Positions 24,843 to 33,574 of a stretch of 64,000 nt of DNA are shown here, piece after piece. Under the pieces are notes generated by a model that worked only from the letters and a program-made list of their open reading frames with translations, was not told where the DNA came from and made no database searches. The stretch is from Candidatus Micrarchaeota archaeon. GTDB taxonomy: Archaea; Micrarchaeota; Micrarchaeia; Anstonellales; Bilamarchaeaceae. Location of the stretch: the NCBI GenBank assembly GCA_040754495.1, contig JBFMCO010000028.1:13878-77877 (forward strand), written 5' to 3'. The translations under genes were made by a program, and so were the position numbers. Every line of letters begins with the position of its first letter. Position 1 is the stretch's first letter.

Positions 24843-25256
24843 ATGCTCCCTGAGAGCGAAATCGTGCTCCGCATGGTGGCCGCGACCATCATCGGCCTGC
24901 TTGTGGGATTCTCCAGGCGCCAGAAAGTCGCGGGCGTGCGGACTTTCGCGCTCTTCTGCCTGGGCTGCGCCATATTCACCCTCATCTCGATAAGCGACAT
25001 TTTCGGGCCGATGACTGACCAGACGAGGATACTCGGCCAGGTGGTAACCGGCATCGGCTTCCTCGGGCTCGGCGTCATCTGGAAGCAGGGAGTGAAACCC
25101 ACTGGCCTCACCACCGCCGCGGCGATATGGGTGACTGCGGCAATCGGGATGCTCATCGGCCTCGGATTGTGGGTTGAGGTAGTGGTCGCTACAGTACTGA
25201 CGCTCTTCCTCGTCTATTCCAAAGGGCTGCTCTCACGGATGGGCATCTCGGACTAG
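24843..25256 (+). CDS. MgtC/SapB family membrane protein
   Basis: AGVRTFALFCLGCA, GQVVTGIGFLGLG, GLTTAAAIWVTAAIG. Confidence 0.9.
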   Translation: MLPESEIVLRMVAATIIGLLVGFSRRQKVAGVRTFALFCLGCAIFTLISISDIFGPMTDQTRILGQVVTGIGFLGLGVIWKQGVKPTGLTTAAAIWVTAAIGMLIGLGLWVEVVVATVLTLFLVYSKGLLSRMGISD

Positions 25257-25349
25257 ATTAGCGGCATCCGGTTTCGTGTCGGGTGCATGGTTTTCGGAGT
25301 TGAGCCGGGAGGAGGGGCCGGACCTCAGGAAGTTTGATGACCGGGCGAA

Positions 25350-25392
25350 GCGCAAAGCGCTTCGCTGGTCCCTTGGACGATGCGTCGTCCAA
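25350..25392. terminator. Two adjacent hairpins between convergent mgtC-like and lhr genes
   Basis: GCGAAGCGC-AAA-GCGCTTCGC and TTGGACGA-TGCG-TCGTCCAA. Confidence 0.45.
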
Positions 25393-25418
25393 GTGGAAAA
25401 TTTAACCGGAGCACGGAC

Positions 25419-27980
25419 TTAGGAGATTTTCCAGTACTTCTTGTTCTTCACGAAGTTCTTCTGCGCTTCTATGAGGTCCAGATAGAACGCCTCCTCGCTC
25501 CGGTGGAGGCGCCGGAGGACGCGGTCGGCCGTGGCCGGCCCTATCCCGTATGTGGAGAGCGCGATGAGCGCTTTTTTGCCGTACGTGCGGATGAGGCCTG
25601 CCGAGTATTCGAGGTCATGCGTAGCCTCCCCCTCCCGGCCGAGCAGCGCGAGGGACATCTGGCCGCACTTGTGGCATTTCACGCTCTCCGGGGCGCCTGC
25701 AAGGTGGAGGAAACGGGTGGCGCCGCAGCTTACGCATCTGAGCTGGAGCGTTTTCGTAAGAGCATGCTCCTTGAACGTGGAGACCATGCGCTCGCGCGGC
25801 TCGAATCCTCCGACGGCTTCCGCGCCGGATATGCGCGCAAGGCCTATTGCCGCGAAGAAGCTCGGCTTCTTCCTGACATCGAAGGCGAGGCGCGTCCTGC
25901 CGGCACGGACATCCCCGAGCAGCTTCTCCAAGCCCTCGGTGTCGAAGTAGCGGAAGAAGATTGAGCGCATAGCCTCCTCGTACACGACCGAGTGCCGCAT
26001 GGCGCTCAGGAAGCGCCCGCTCACGCTCGCATCCTCAGAGAGCAGGCCGAACATGCGCCCGACATGCAGGAACTTGAAACGCAGGAGGGCGGAATTCTCA
26101 AGGGCCTCCTCGAGATGGGCGCGCACATTGCGCAGCTCGCGGAACGCGCGCTCCACTGTGTCCTGCTTCAGGGGAAACGGCAGCTTCACCATGACGCGGT
26201 AGGGATCCGCGACGGCTATCACGCTCTCGCCTATCAGCCCCGAGAGCTTTTTGGAGAATATGCGCGAGAGGCATTCGTTTATCCTCGTGCCGGTGCAGGA
26301 GTGTATCACCACGATGTCGTCTATCATCTCCACGACCATGGTCCGCTCGTCTGGCAGTGGCGAGACGTCTTTCTTCGCGGCCCGCATCCGGCCGACATGC
26401 TGGGCGACTTCCAATGAGACTGGTATGTCCTCGCCGGCCCAGGAAGGCACCATTATGTCCGTGCCGCCGCCCGGCTCGGCCAGCACCTCGCTCCCGGTTA
26501 TGTCGATTACGTGCCAGGGCATGCCGTGCGAGAGGAAGCTCGAGCCTTCTGCCAGGCTGACCACGAACTCCTCGTCCAGGCTCGAGATGACGCGGTTGGT
26601 GGTTATGTCCTTCATGAGGAACCGCTTCGTTTTTGGAATCGTGCTCAGGAAGGACGAATAGTACTGGCGCGCCCGGCTCTTCGCCCTGATGCTCACCCTG
26701 TGGGCGTCCTCGTCGTAGAATACAAGGCCCTCCGCATAGAGCTGCAGCGCGACCATGCGCAGCTTGTCGTACGTGATGCCGTACGCATAGGAGCGGGAGA
26801 GGATGGAGTGCGCCTTCATCAGGTCCATCCTGCCCAAATCGAGGCAGAGGCCGACAAGCTGGTGCGCGATTACGTCCAGGGCGCCGCGCTCTGCCCGCTT
26901 GTCCTCCATCCATCCGTTGCGGGCAAGGACTGCGATGACCTCGCTTTCCAGCATGTCGTCGAAATCAGAGGGGAACACGATTCCTTTCGGCGTCTTGCCG
27001 AGGCTGTGGCCGGAGCGGCCGACGCGCTGGAGGAGGCGGAAGACCTGGTGCGGGGAGCCGTACTGCATGATGAGGGACACGTCGCCTATGTCTATCCCGA
27101 GCTCGAGGGACGAGGTGCAGAGTATTGAGTTCAGCTTTCCGCTCTTGAATTCGTCCTCGGCCGACTGGCGCACGTCCTTTGCGAGCGAGCCGTGGTGGAC
27201 GCCGATGGGGGCGCCGAGCTTCCTCAGGGACGCCCCGAGCTCCTCGGCCGTGCTGCGGGTGTTCACGAATATGAGGGAGCGGTTCCTGGCTGAGAGCTCG
27301 CTGATGCGTTCGAGCTTCCTGCCCTCATGCTCGACCGAGACGTCCATAGGCCGGTTCCTGCCGCTCTCGCAGACCACGTGGGCGCGCTCGCCGAAGAGGA
27401 GCTTCGCGGCCTCGCTCTCGTTGGCCACCGTCGCGGTGAGGCCGATGCGCTGGAACGACGCCAGCTCCGAGAAGCGCTCGAGGCCCATCGAGAGCTGCGC
27501 ACCGCGCTTGTTGTCGAGGATGTCGTGCACCTCGTCCACTATCACGAACTCCACGGTGGCAAGGTGCTTCCGCATAATCCTGCCGAGCATGAGGGCCTGT
27601 AGCGACTCCACGGTCGTGAGCAGGATGCGGGGCGGGCTCCTGCGGTGCTTCGCCCGCTCGGCCATTGTCGTGTCGCCGGTGCGGATATCGTGGCTTATCT
27701 CCAGCCGCTCGCACCACCAGCCAAAGCGCTCCTTGAGGTCTCGCGAAAGGGCGCGCAGCGGGGTGATGTAGAGCGCCTTTATTCCAGGCTCCCGGTTCCC
27801 TGCATCCAGCCCTGCCTTTATCTTCTCCAGTACCGGGAGCAGCGCGCTCTCGGTCTTGCCTGAGCCCGTAGGGGCAAGTATAAGGACGTTCTCGCCGGCA
27901 AGCAGCCTGGGTATGGCGAGTTTCTGGATGGGGGTAAGCTCTCCGAACCGTTCCCTGACCAATTCGACTACCGTAGGCAT
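25419..27980 (-). CDS. lhr: Lhr-like SF2 helicase with C-terminal Zn ribbon
   Basis: APTGSGKT, DEVH, GLTAT, HHGSL, SSLELGIDIG, QRVGRSGH, CVSC..CHKC. Confidence 0.92.
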   Translation of the reverse strand: MPTVVELVRERFGELTPIQKLAIPRLLAGENVLILAPTGSGKTESALLPVLEKIKAGLDAGNREPGIKALYITPLRALSRDLKERFGWWCERLEISHDIRTGDTTMAERAKHRRSPPRILLTTVESLQALMLGRIMRKHLATVEFVIVDEVHDILDNKRGAQLSMGLERFSELASFQRIGLTATVANESEAAKLLFGERAHVVCESGRNRPMDVSVEHEGRKLERISELSARNRSLIFVNTRSTAEELGASLRKLGAPIGVHHGSLAKDVRQSAEDEFKSGKLNSILCTSSLELGIDIGDVSLIMQYGSPHQVFRLLQRVGRSGHSLGKTPKGIVFPSDFDDMLESEVIAVLARNGWMEDKRAERGALDVIAHQLVGLCLDLGRMDLMKAHSILSRSYAYGITYDKLRMVALQLYAEGLVFYDEDAHRVSIRAKSRARQYYSSFLSTIPKTKRFLMKDITTNRVISSLDEEFVVSLAEGSSFLSHGMPWHVIDITGSEVLAEPGGGTDIMVPSWAGEDIPVSLEVAQHVGRMRAAKKDVSPLPDERTMVVEMIDDIVVIHSCTGTRINECLSRIFSKKLSGLIGESVIAVADPYRVMVKLPFPLKQDTVERAFRELRNVRAHLEEALENSALLRFKFLHVGRMFGLLSEDASVSGRFLSAMRHSVVYEEAMRSIFFRYFDTEGLEKLLGDVRAGRTRLAFDVRKKPSFFAAIGLARISGAEAVGGFEPRERMVSTFKEHALTKTLQLRCVSCGATRFLHLAGAPESVKCHKCGQMSLALLGREGEATHDLEYSAGLIRTYGKKALIALSTYGIGPATADRVLRRLHRSEEAFYLDLIEAQKNFVKNKKYWKIS

Positions 27981-28023
27981 GGCTGACCTTGATTAGCACG
28001 GAGCATGATAAAAAACGAACCTG

Positions 28024-28284
28024 CTAGAGCCGTATCTCGAAGACGCCGCGCTCGGGGCTATCTTCGGGCGGCTTCCTCTCCTGCTTCCTCTGCCACTCTT
28101 CATAGCGGCGCCAGGTCTCCTCATCGGCGCCGTCCTCCACAGTGGGCTGCGGACGCCTGTCAGGCTCCTGCTTTTGCTTCCTGCGGTCGATAAGCGGGAT
28201 TATGTATGCAGGGGGAACCCATGACGGCACCGGAAGCTGGGTAACCGCTTTCTGGCTTCTCTGTTGCCCGAACTGCAGCTTCAT
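28024..28284 (-). CDS. Small hypothetical protein
   Basis: 86-aa ORF, Pro/Glu/Arg-rich, ends RGVFEIRL. Confidence 0.65.
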   Translation of the reverse strand: MKLQFGQQRSQKAVTQLPVPSWVPPAYIIPLIDRRKQKQEPDRRPQPTVEDGADEETWRRYEEWQRKQERKPPEDSPERGVFEIRL

Positions 28285-28586
28285 GACTCTATTGTGCCTG
28301 ACACTGTTTTTAAACTTATGTCACACAAAATGGAAGATTTTCCAGCCGGGGCTTTTATAGCGGAGTAAATTTGGCCAGTGATTTGGAAAATTTACATGTC
28401 CAGGCACAATAAATGGCCGATTCTTGGAAAAATTTTACAGCAAAGCGCCGTTCCGGCCTTGCGGCAGCGTGAATACATTTTATATTCACGACGATTTTAT
28501 TTAGTTGAGAGGGTTTTGAAGCGATTGAAGAAGGGCAGTGGATGGGGATGCAAAACCCCACTATGAAATGCTGAAGAGGGTTTTGA

Positions 28587-29483
28587 ATGGATGAGAAGGA
28601 ACTGGACAGCTTCAGGCAGGCTGGAAAAATCGCGTCCAAGATACGGGAGGACAGCAAGCGCCTGATAATGGTGGGGGAATCCCTGCTGGACATAGCCGAG
28701 ACCGTGGAGAAGATGATAGACGAGGAGGGGGCGAAGCCGGCCTTCCCCGTGAACATCTCGGTCAACGACATCGCCGCGCACTACACCCCGGAATTCGAAT
28801 CCGCAGCTTCGCTCGGAGAAAAAGACCTCGTGAAGGTGGACCTGGGGATAGAGGTCAACGGGGCCCTCTCGGACACCGCATATACGGTTGACCTGGACGG
28901 CTCGAACGAAAAGCTTGTGCTGGCATCATCCGTTGCGCTCGAAAACGCCATAAAGGCCATCCGGCCGGGCGTCGCGGTGGGCGATGTTGGCGGGACAATC
29001 GAGCAGACGATAAAAGGATACGGGTTCAACCCGATTTCCAACCTGTCCGGGCACATGATAAAATCGAACGAGCTCCATGCGGGAGTGGAGATACCGAACA
29101 TAAAGACGAACGACCCGTACCGCTTCGTCGCCGGGGACATATTCGCGGTCGAGCCTTTCGCGACGACCGGGAGCGGGTACGTTGAGGATTTGGAGCAGGT
29201 GGAGATATTCTCGCTCTACATGCCCTCCAAGATAAGGATGAGGCAGTCGCGCAAGATTGTCGAGCACGTGCTGCAGAACTACGGGATGCTGCCTTTTGCT
29301 GAGAGATGGGTGCGCAAGAGCTTCCAGTCAAAGCTCCTTGTCAGCGCCGCGCTCAAAGAGCTGCTGCAGAACCACTTCATCCGGGGCTACCCGGTCCTGC
29401 GCGAGGTGTCGCGCGGGCTTGTCTCGCAGACCGAGCACACGATACTGGTGACCGAAAGCGGGTGCGACGTCCTGACAAGATGA
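28587..29483 (+). CDS. map: Methionine aminopeptidase type II
   Basis: AFPVNIS..AAHYTP, KVDLG..DTA, NLSGH, FAVEPF, QTEHT. Confidence 0.95.
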   Translation: MDEKELDSFRQAGKIASKIREDSKRLIMVGESLLDIAETVEKMIDEEGAKPAFPVNISVNDIAAHYTPEFESAASLGEKDLVKVDLGIEVNGALSDTAYTVDLDGSNEKLVLASSVALENAIKAIRPGVAVGDVGGTIEQTIKGYGFNPISNLSGHMIKSNELHAGVEIPNIKTNDPYRFVAGDIFAVEPFATTGSGYVEDLEQVEIFSLYMPSKIRMRQSRKIVEHVLQNYGMLPFAERWVRKSFQSKLLVSAALKELLQNHFIRGYPVLREVSRGLVSQTEHTILVTESGCDVLTR

Positions 29484-30220
29484 CTATTTCAGCGAGACAA
29501 GAACCATGCTGCCCCGCTCCCTGACGCTCTCGTCCAGCGCCGGATAGGCAGCCGGCTGATAGGCGGCCGGGTCGGGAAAGAACATGGCTGCGGGCGGAAA
29601 GTGCAGATGCTCAAGCGTTAGGCCGGCGCGATCAAGGAACCCGAGCAGCTCGCTATTGCCCCTTGGCCTCCGGGGCGAGAACGCCTCGTTCAATCCCATG
29701 CCCGGGATATTGCTGACCACCAGCCTCCCCCGGGCCTCAGGAACGGGAGGAGGCATGAGAGCGTCCTGCGATAATCCACGTAGTTCAGGATGTCGACCAT
29801 GATGAACGTGTCGAAGAGCGGAGGGCCCGTGCGTATGTCAGCGCCGATATGGCGGGCAAGGAGGGCAAGCTTCTTTTTCTGCGAAAACGCGTCCGGCTCC
29901 GGGTGCTCTATGTCGGCCTGCAGCTCGAGGACGTTCCCGCTGAGACTGTAAGGGTACGGCATGCCGATGTCCACGCGTACTACGCGCTTGCCCTCGGACG
30001 GATAGTAGAGGGGGCGGGCCTTGCCATTCCGGCCGGCCACGCTGCCGCTCCCCAAATCCAGCAGGCGCTCGCCTAGCGTCCCCCTGAGCTGCATCCGGTC
30101 GAGAAGGGGCCGGACCTGGGCGTATTTGAAGTCAGGGGCATATCCGGAGCCCCACTGGCCCTTCCAGAATTCCCGCCTCGCCTCTCCTTCGCCCTCGATG
30201 CGGCGGATTGCGGCGCGCAT
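29484..30220 (-). pseudogene. Class I SAM-dependent methyltransferase split by a frameshift in a G5 run (29727-29731)
   Basis: LLDLGSG motif I and DILNYV in one frame; expected LRPGGRLVV continues in another frame; one more G restores a single ORF. Confidence 0.7.
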
Positions 30221-30221
30221 G

Positions 30222-30737
30222 TCACATCTTCCCGGTCCGGCCCGCGAACGCGTACGCGCGGTCCAGGTCGTTGAACTGGCGGTGCCGGTCCTTATCATCT
30301 TCAGGGCCCTTTTCCTCCTGCTGCTGGCAGAACTCTGCCAGGAGCATGGGCGTGTCCTCTTCAAGGAGCCGTTCCCTCCCTACTACCCGGTTGCCCCTAA
30401 GAAAACGGAACTCCGCGGACTCACGGACGATGACGAAGGCGCTGCCTTTCACGAGGTCGTTGCACCGCTCCGATTTGCGAAAGCCGTAGAAAGTGGAAAG
30501 CTGGCGGCTGATGGATTCCCGAATTGCCTCGCCGCCGCGGATTTCACCGGACACGAGTGGCAGCCTGGAGGAGAATTCATCGCTGAATACCACCCTGCAC
30601 GACTCGCTGGTTTCGCATGCATGTGCCCTTATTGAGGAATGGAGGACCGTGCCCGTAGCGATTGGCGGGGGGGCCTGGCGGCCCGCGCACGAGGATAGCG
30701 CCAAGGCGGATGCCACGGCAAGTTTCCTGAGATGCAT
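30222..30737 (-). CDS. Hypothetical lipoprotein
   Basis: MHLRKLAVASALALSS|C lipobox-type signal. Confidence 0.7.
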   Translation of the reverse strand: MHLRKLAVASALALSSCAGRQAPPPIATGTVLHSSIRAHACETSESCRVVFSDEFSSRLPLVSGEIRGGEAIRESISRQLSTFYGFRKSERCNDLVKGSAFVIVRESAEFRFLRGNRVVGRERLLEEDTPMLLAEFCQQQEEKGPEDDKDRHRQFNDLDRAYAFAGRTGKM

Positions 30738-30814
30738 GGGTCCTTATTTGCACAAATGTATTTTTAATACCACACACATCAAATTATAGAAATGCTAGGT
30801 AAAGACTAGCTCAA

Positions 30815-30923
30815 GGGCCCGTGTGGCAACCTGGATAACCGGCAGGGCTTCGGATGCCTTTGACCGATTGCGGTCTTTTGCTGGAGCCACCCTGAGATGC
30901 GGGTTCAAATCCCGTCGGGCCCG
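30815..30923 (+). tRNA. tRNA-Arg(TCG) with 35-nt intron at 37/38 (30854..30888)
   Basis: GGGCCCG/CGGGCCC-G, CAGGG/CCCTG stem, CTTCGGA loop, GGTTCAAATCC; BHB helix CTTC/GGAG. Confidence 0.9.
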
Positions 30924-30970
30924 TTTTTGTCAACTTCGCTCGCTTACGCTCGCGGTTGACAGGCATTGCT

Positions 30971-31795
30971 TCAGGACAGGAATTGCTTCTGGACCGGCCT
31001 CAGGGCAGGATACATATCGGCAAGCGCGGCTACTGCCTCCTCCATGGGCCCGGACAGGTAGTGGCCGCTCGCGCACCCGAGGGCTAAATCGCTGATGATG
31101 GCGCCGTAGCGCTCCTGCGCGTCGCTCTCGCGGGCTTCTCCGGCATCTATGTCCCTGAGCAGTTTCCTGGCCTCGTTGCCGGCACGCAGGAGGCTGAGGA
31201 AACAGAGCACCTCCGGGTCCTCGAAGATAGTAAGCCCGGACATTCCCGGATGGGCGCCGTGCACCGTGAAGCTGGAGACGCCGGAGCCGCCCATCACTGC
31301 AAGAGCCGAGAACTTAGAGCCGTCCGGCGCCTCGACCGTGGAGAGATAAGCCGGGTGCCCGAATTCGCGCAGCATCGCGGCAGCCAGAAGGCTGGATTCC
31401 TCCATCACGCTTACGGTGATTATCCTGGGGCCGCTCTCCTCCTTGGAATGTGCAAGCAGCACCTCCGGCCGCATCGGCTTCCTGGTCTGGTGCACGTGGG
31501 TGCGGGCCGCGCGTATCATGGCCGCGCCCCCTTCACGCATCAGCGGGAGGCCGAGGCTTATGACAAGCATGGCGTCATCAGGCCCGGCAGGCATTGCCCC
31601 CGGGGCCGCATGGTCCACGAGCCTGGCGACTTCATCCCCTCCCTTGTAGGGACATATGGCGGCTGCGTCCAGGCGGCTCGATTTGAGGGCCTGCTCCAGC
31701 ATCGGGTCCTGCAGGCGCTCGCCCAGCCGGAGGAGAGGCCCCTTGCTGCTGCGCGGCGGGCGGAGAGGCGGGTTGAACGTGTAGGTGTGGGGCAT
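30971..31795 (-). CDS. ORFan with degenerate transglutaminase-like motif; paralogue of the C-half of 31800..33356
   Basis: SSLLAAAMLREFGHPAY ... ALAV ... HPGM. Confidence 0.75.
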   Translation of the reverse strand: MPHTYTFNPPLRPPRSSKGPLLRLGERLQDPMLEQALKSSRLDAAAICPYKGGDEVARLVDHAAPGAMPAGPDDAMLVISLGLPLMREGGAAMIRAARTHVHQTRKPMRPEVLLAHSKEESGPRIITVSVMEESSLLAAAMLREFGHPAYLSTVEAPDGSKFSALAVMGGSGVSSFTVHGAHPGMSGLTIFEDPEVLCFLSLLRAGNEARKLLRDIDAGEARESDAQERYGAIISDLALGCASGHYLSGPMEEAVAALADMYPALRPVQKQFLS

Positions 31796-31799
31796 GGAA

Positions 31800-33356
31800 T
31801 CAGCCTTTTTCAGGCTCCTTTTTGGCGTCGCTTATCCATTTGCCGAGAAGCACCTGGACGGTATGTGGGAAGCCGTTTCTGGCCATGATGGAGTCGATAG
31901 CCGTTTCCTTGGCTGCAAGCACTATGGGGTCCTCGCTTTCGATTGACTCCGGGTCAATCTCCTCGGCGAGTATGCGCCCGGCCACCTGGGCAATTGCGTC
32001 GGCGGCTTCCTTCCCGTTGTTGATGCGGTGCCTGTTGATGTCGGATTCGAGCAGGGCCGAGCCTGCGCCGGCCGAGAGCATGGTCATCGCACGCGGGATG
32101 AATGGGTTTCCGTCCCACCTTTTCACGGACTCGAAGAGGCATCTGGCTATCCTGTTGAGCTGGTTTCCGGCCTCGTCCGGAGAAAGCTGCCTGTCCTCCA
32201 GGCTCTGCGAGATTATCTCCGCGACAAGGTGCCTTATCCTCGTTTCGGCCAGCATCGCATGCGCGGCCCCCTGCGCCGCCCTGTCGCTGAGCAGGTCTAT
32301 CGCGCCCATATCGGGATGGAAGCGCGTGAGGTCGAATGTCACGAGCGGCACGTCCTTCGTCATGTCTATCACGGCCAGGAGGGGCACGGTCGCCTCGCCC
32401 CCGTCAAGGCCCGGCATGACAGCCTGCGCTGGGTATGCCATGATGCCCCTGATGCGGAGCGCGGCCGCGGCCAGCATATACTGCTCGAACGGGTGCATGA
32501 GCGCGAACTGCTCCGCGCCCGTAACATGGGACTGGAGCTTTCTCCCTTCCTGCCCCAATATGAGGCCGGCGGATGGAATCTCGTCCGGGGGGAGGTACGC
32601 GGTCATGGCCTCCCCGTAGACGAAGCTGTGGCCGCTGGAATGATGCCTCGGCAACCGGTTGTAATCAATCATGCTCCGGGCCATCTCAGGCGGCATGCCG
32701 CTGGAAACAAGAATCTCAGGCCTGATGTCCATCAGCCGTTCTATCATCGGGTAGAGGTCGCTGCCCTTCAAGCCCCTGAAGACCGCTTCTGCGAATCTCT
32801 CCACGTGGCCGTCCTTGTCGGCATAAGGCCCCCTCTGGAGAGGAATCGCATGCCTCTCCAGTTGTGGCATAGCCATCTCAAGCTGCGCAAAGATGTCGTC
32901 GCCGCCCCGCGCTGGCCCTTCACGCACAAGGGCGAGCTTTCCGCGCACCCCAGAGGGCCGTTCTCCAAGGCCCCATACGTAGCCTTTCATGTGGCCCTCA
33001 TCTGAGCATCCGGCCGCTTCCCGTGTGCTTACGCCTTCAGAACCCGGCGTCTCAGAATCAAGGATTCTGCCGAACCGCACCCTCTGGACGGTTCCGGCGA
33101 GTATGACGTGCTCCGCTTTCTCGAACGCTGCCCTCTCGGCATAATCGCGCTCGTATGCGCCAATGCTGCCCGGGGATTGCGCCTTCTCCGGCCCTGCAGC
33201 GACGGCAGCTCCGGCGCTGGCCGCAAGGGTTTCGACTGACGCTGCCGATGCTGGCGTTTCGGCAATCGGCTCGGCTTTCGGCTCCGGCGGCTTCGGCGGC
33301 TCGTCCCTGCCTCCTCCGCTACCCCTTTTCTTCCTCATGTCCCTGAGCAGCCCCAT
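31800..33356 (-). CDS. ORFan (518 aa) with degenerate transglutaminase-like motif
   Basis: QYMLAAAALRIRGIMAY ... LLAV ... HPDM; low-complexity N-terminus. Confidence 0.8.
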   Translation of the reverse strand: MGLLRDMRKKRGSGGGRDEPPKPPEPKAEPIAETPASAASVETLAASAGAAVAAGPEKAQSPGSIGAYERDYAERAAFEKAEHVILAGTVQRVRFGRILDSETPGSEGVSTREAAGCSDEGHMKGYVWGLGERPSGVRGKLALVREGPARGGDDIFAQLEMAMPQLERHAIPLQRGPYADKDGHVERFAEAVFRGLKGSDLYPMIERLMDIRPEILVSSGMPPEMARSMIDYNRLPRHHSSGHSFVYGEAMTAYLPPDEIPSAGLILGQEGRKLQSHVTGAEQFALMHPFEQYMLAAAALRIRGIMAYPAQAVMPGLDGGEATVPLLAVIDMTKDVPLVTFDLTRFHPDMGAIDLLSDRAAQGAAHAMLAETRIRHLVAEIISQSLEDRQLSPDEAGNQLNRIARCLFESVKRWDGNPFIPRAMTMLSAGAGSALLESDINRHRINNGKEAADAIAQVAGRILAEEIDPESIESEDPIVLAAKETAIDSIMARNGFPHTVQVLLGKWISDAKKEPEKG

Positions 33357-33532
33357 GAATGTACATCCCTCTGGCGTGGTTTATGTTGTAATTACTGTTA
33401 CAAAATATATAAAAATGTATAGAAAACAGCAAAACCGACCGAAACGACGGTTGCCGATAGGTGATTCGATACTTTTATATTAGCTAGCTCCAACACAACT
33501 TGAAACCTACACTTCGAGCCAGGACTTTTCCG

Positions 33533-33565
33533 CTTGGAAACTGGAAACTGAAAACCGCAAATGAC
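33533..33565. repeat. Short heptamer repeat copy upstream of the oxidoreductase operon
   Basis: ggaaact ggaaact gaaaacc gcaaatg. Confidence 0.55.
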
Positions 33566-33574
33566 AGTGATGTT

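Noticed and set aside
28290-28587. Replication origin call
   Set aside because: No adjacent cdc6/orc1 and no full ORB with G-string; kept only as a low-interest finding
30924-30962. att duplication or element after tRNA-Arg (also checked tRNA-Leu and tRNA-Val)
   Set aside because: Only a short hairpin (GTCAAC...GTTGAC); no repeat of these tRNA 3' ends spotted by eye
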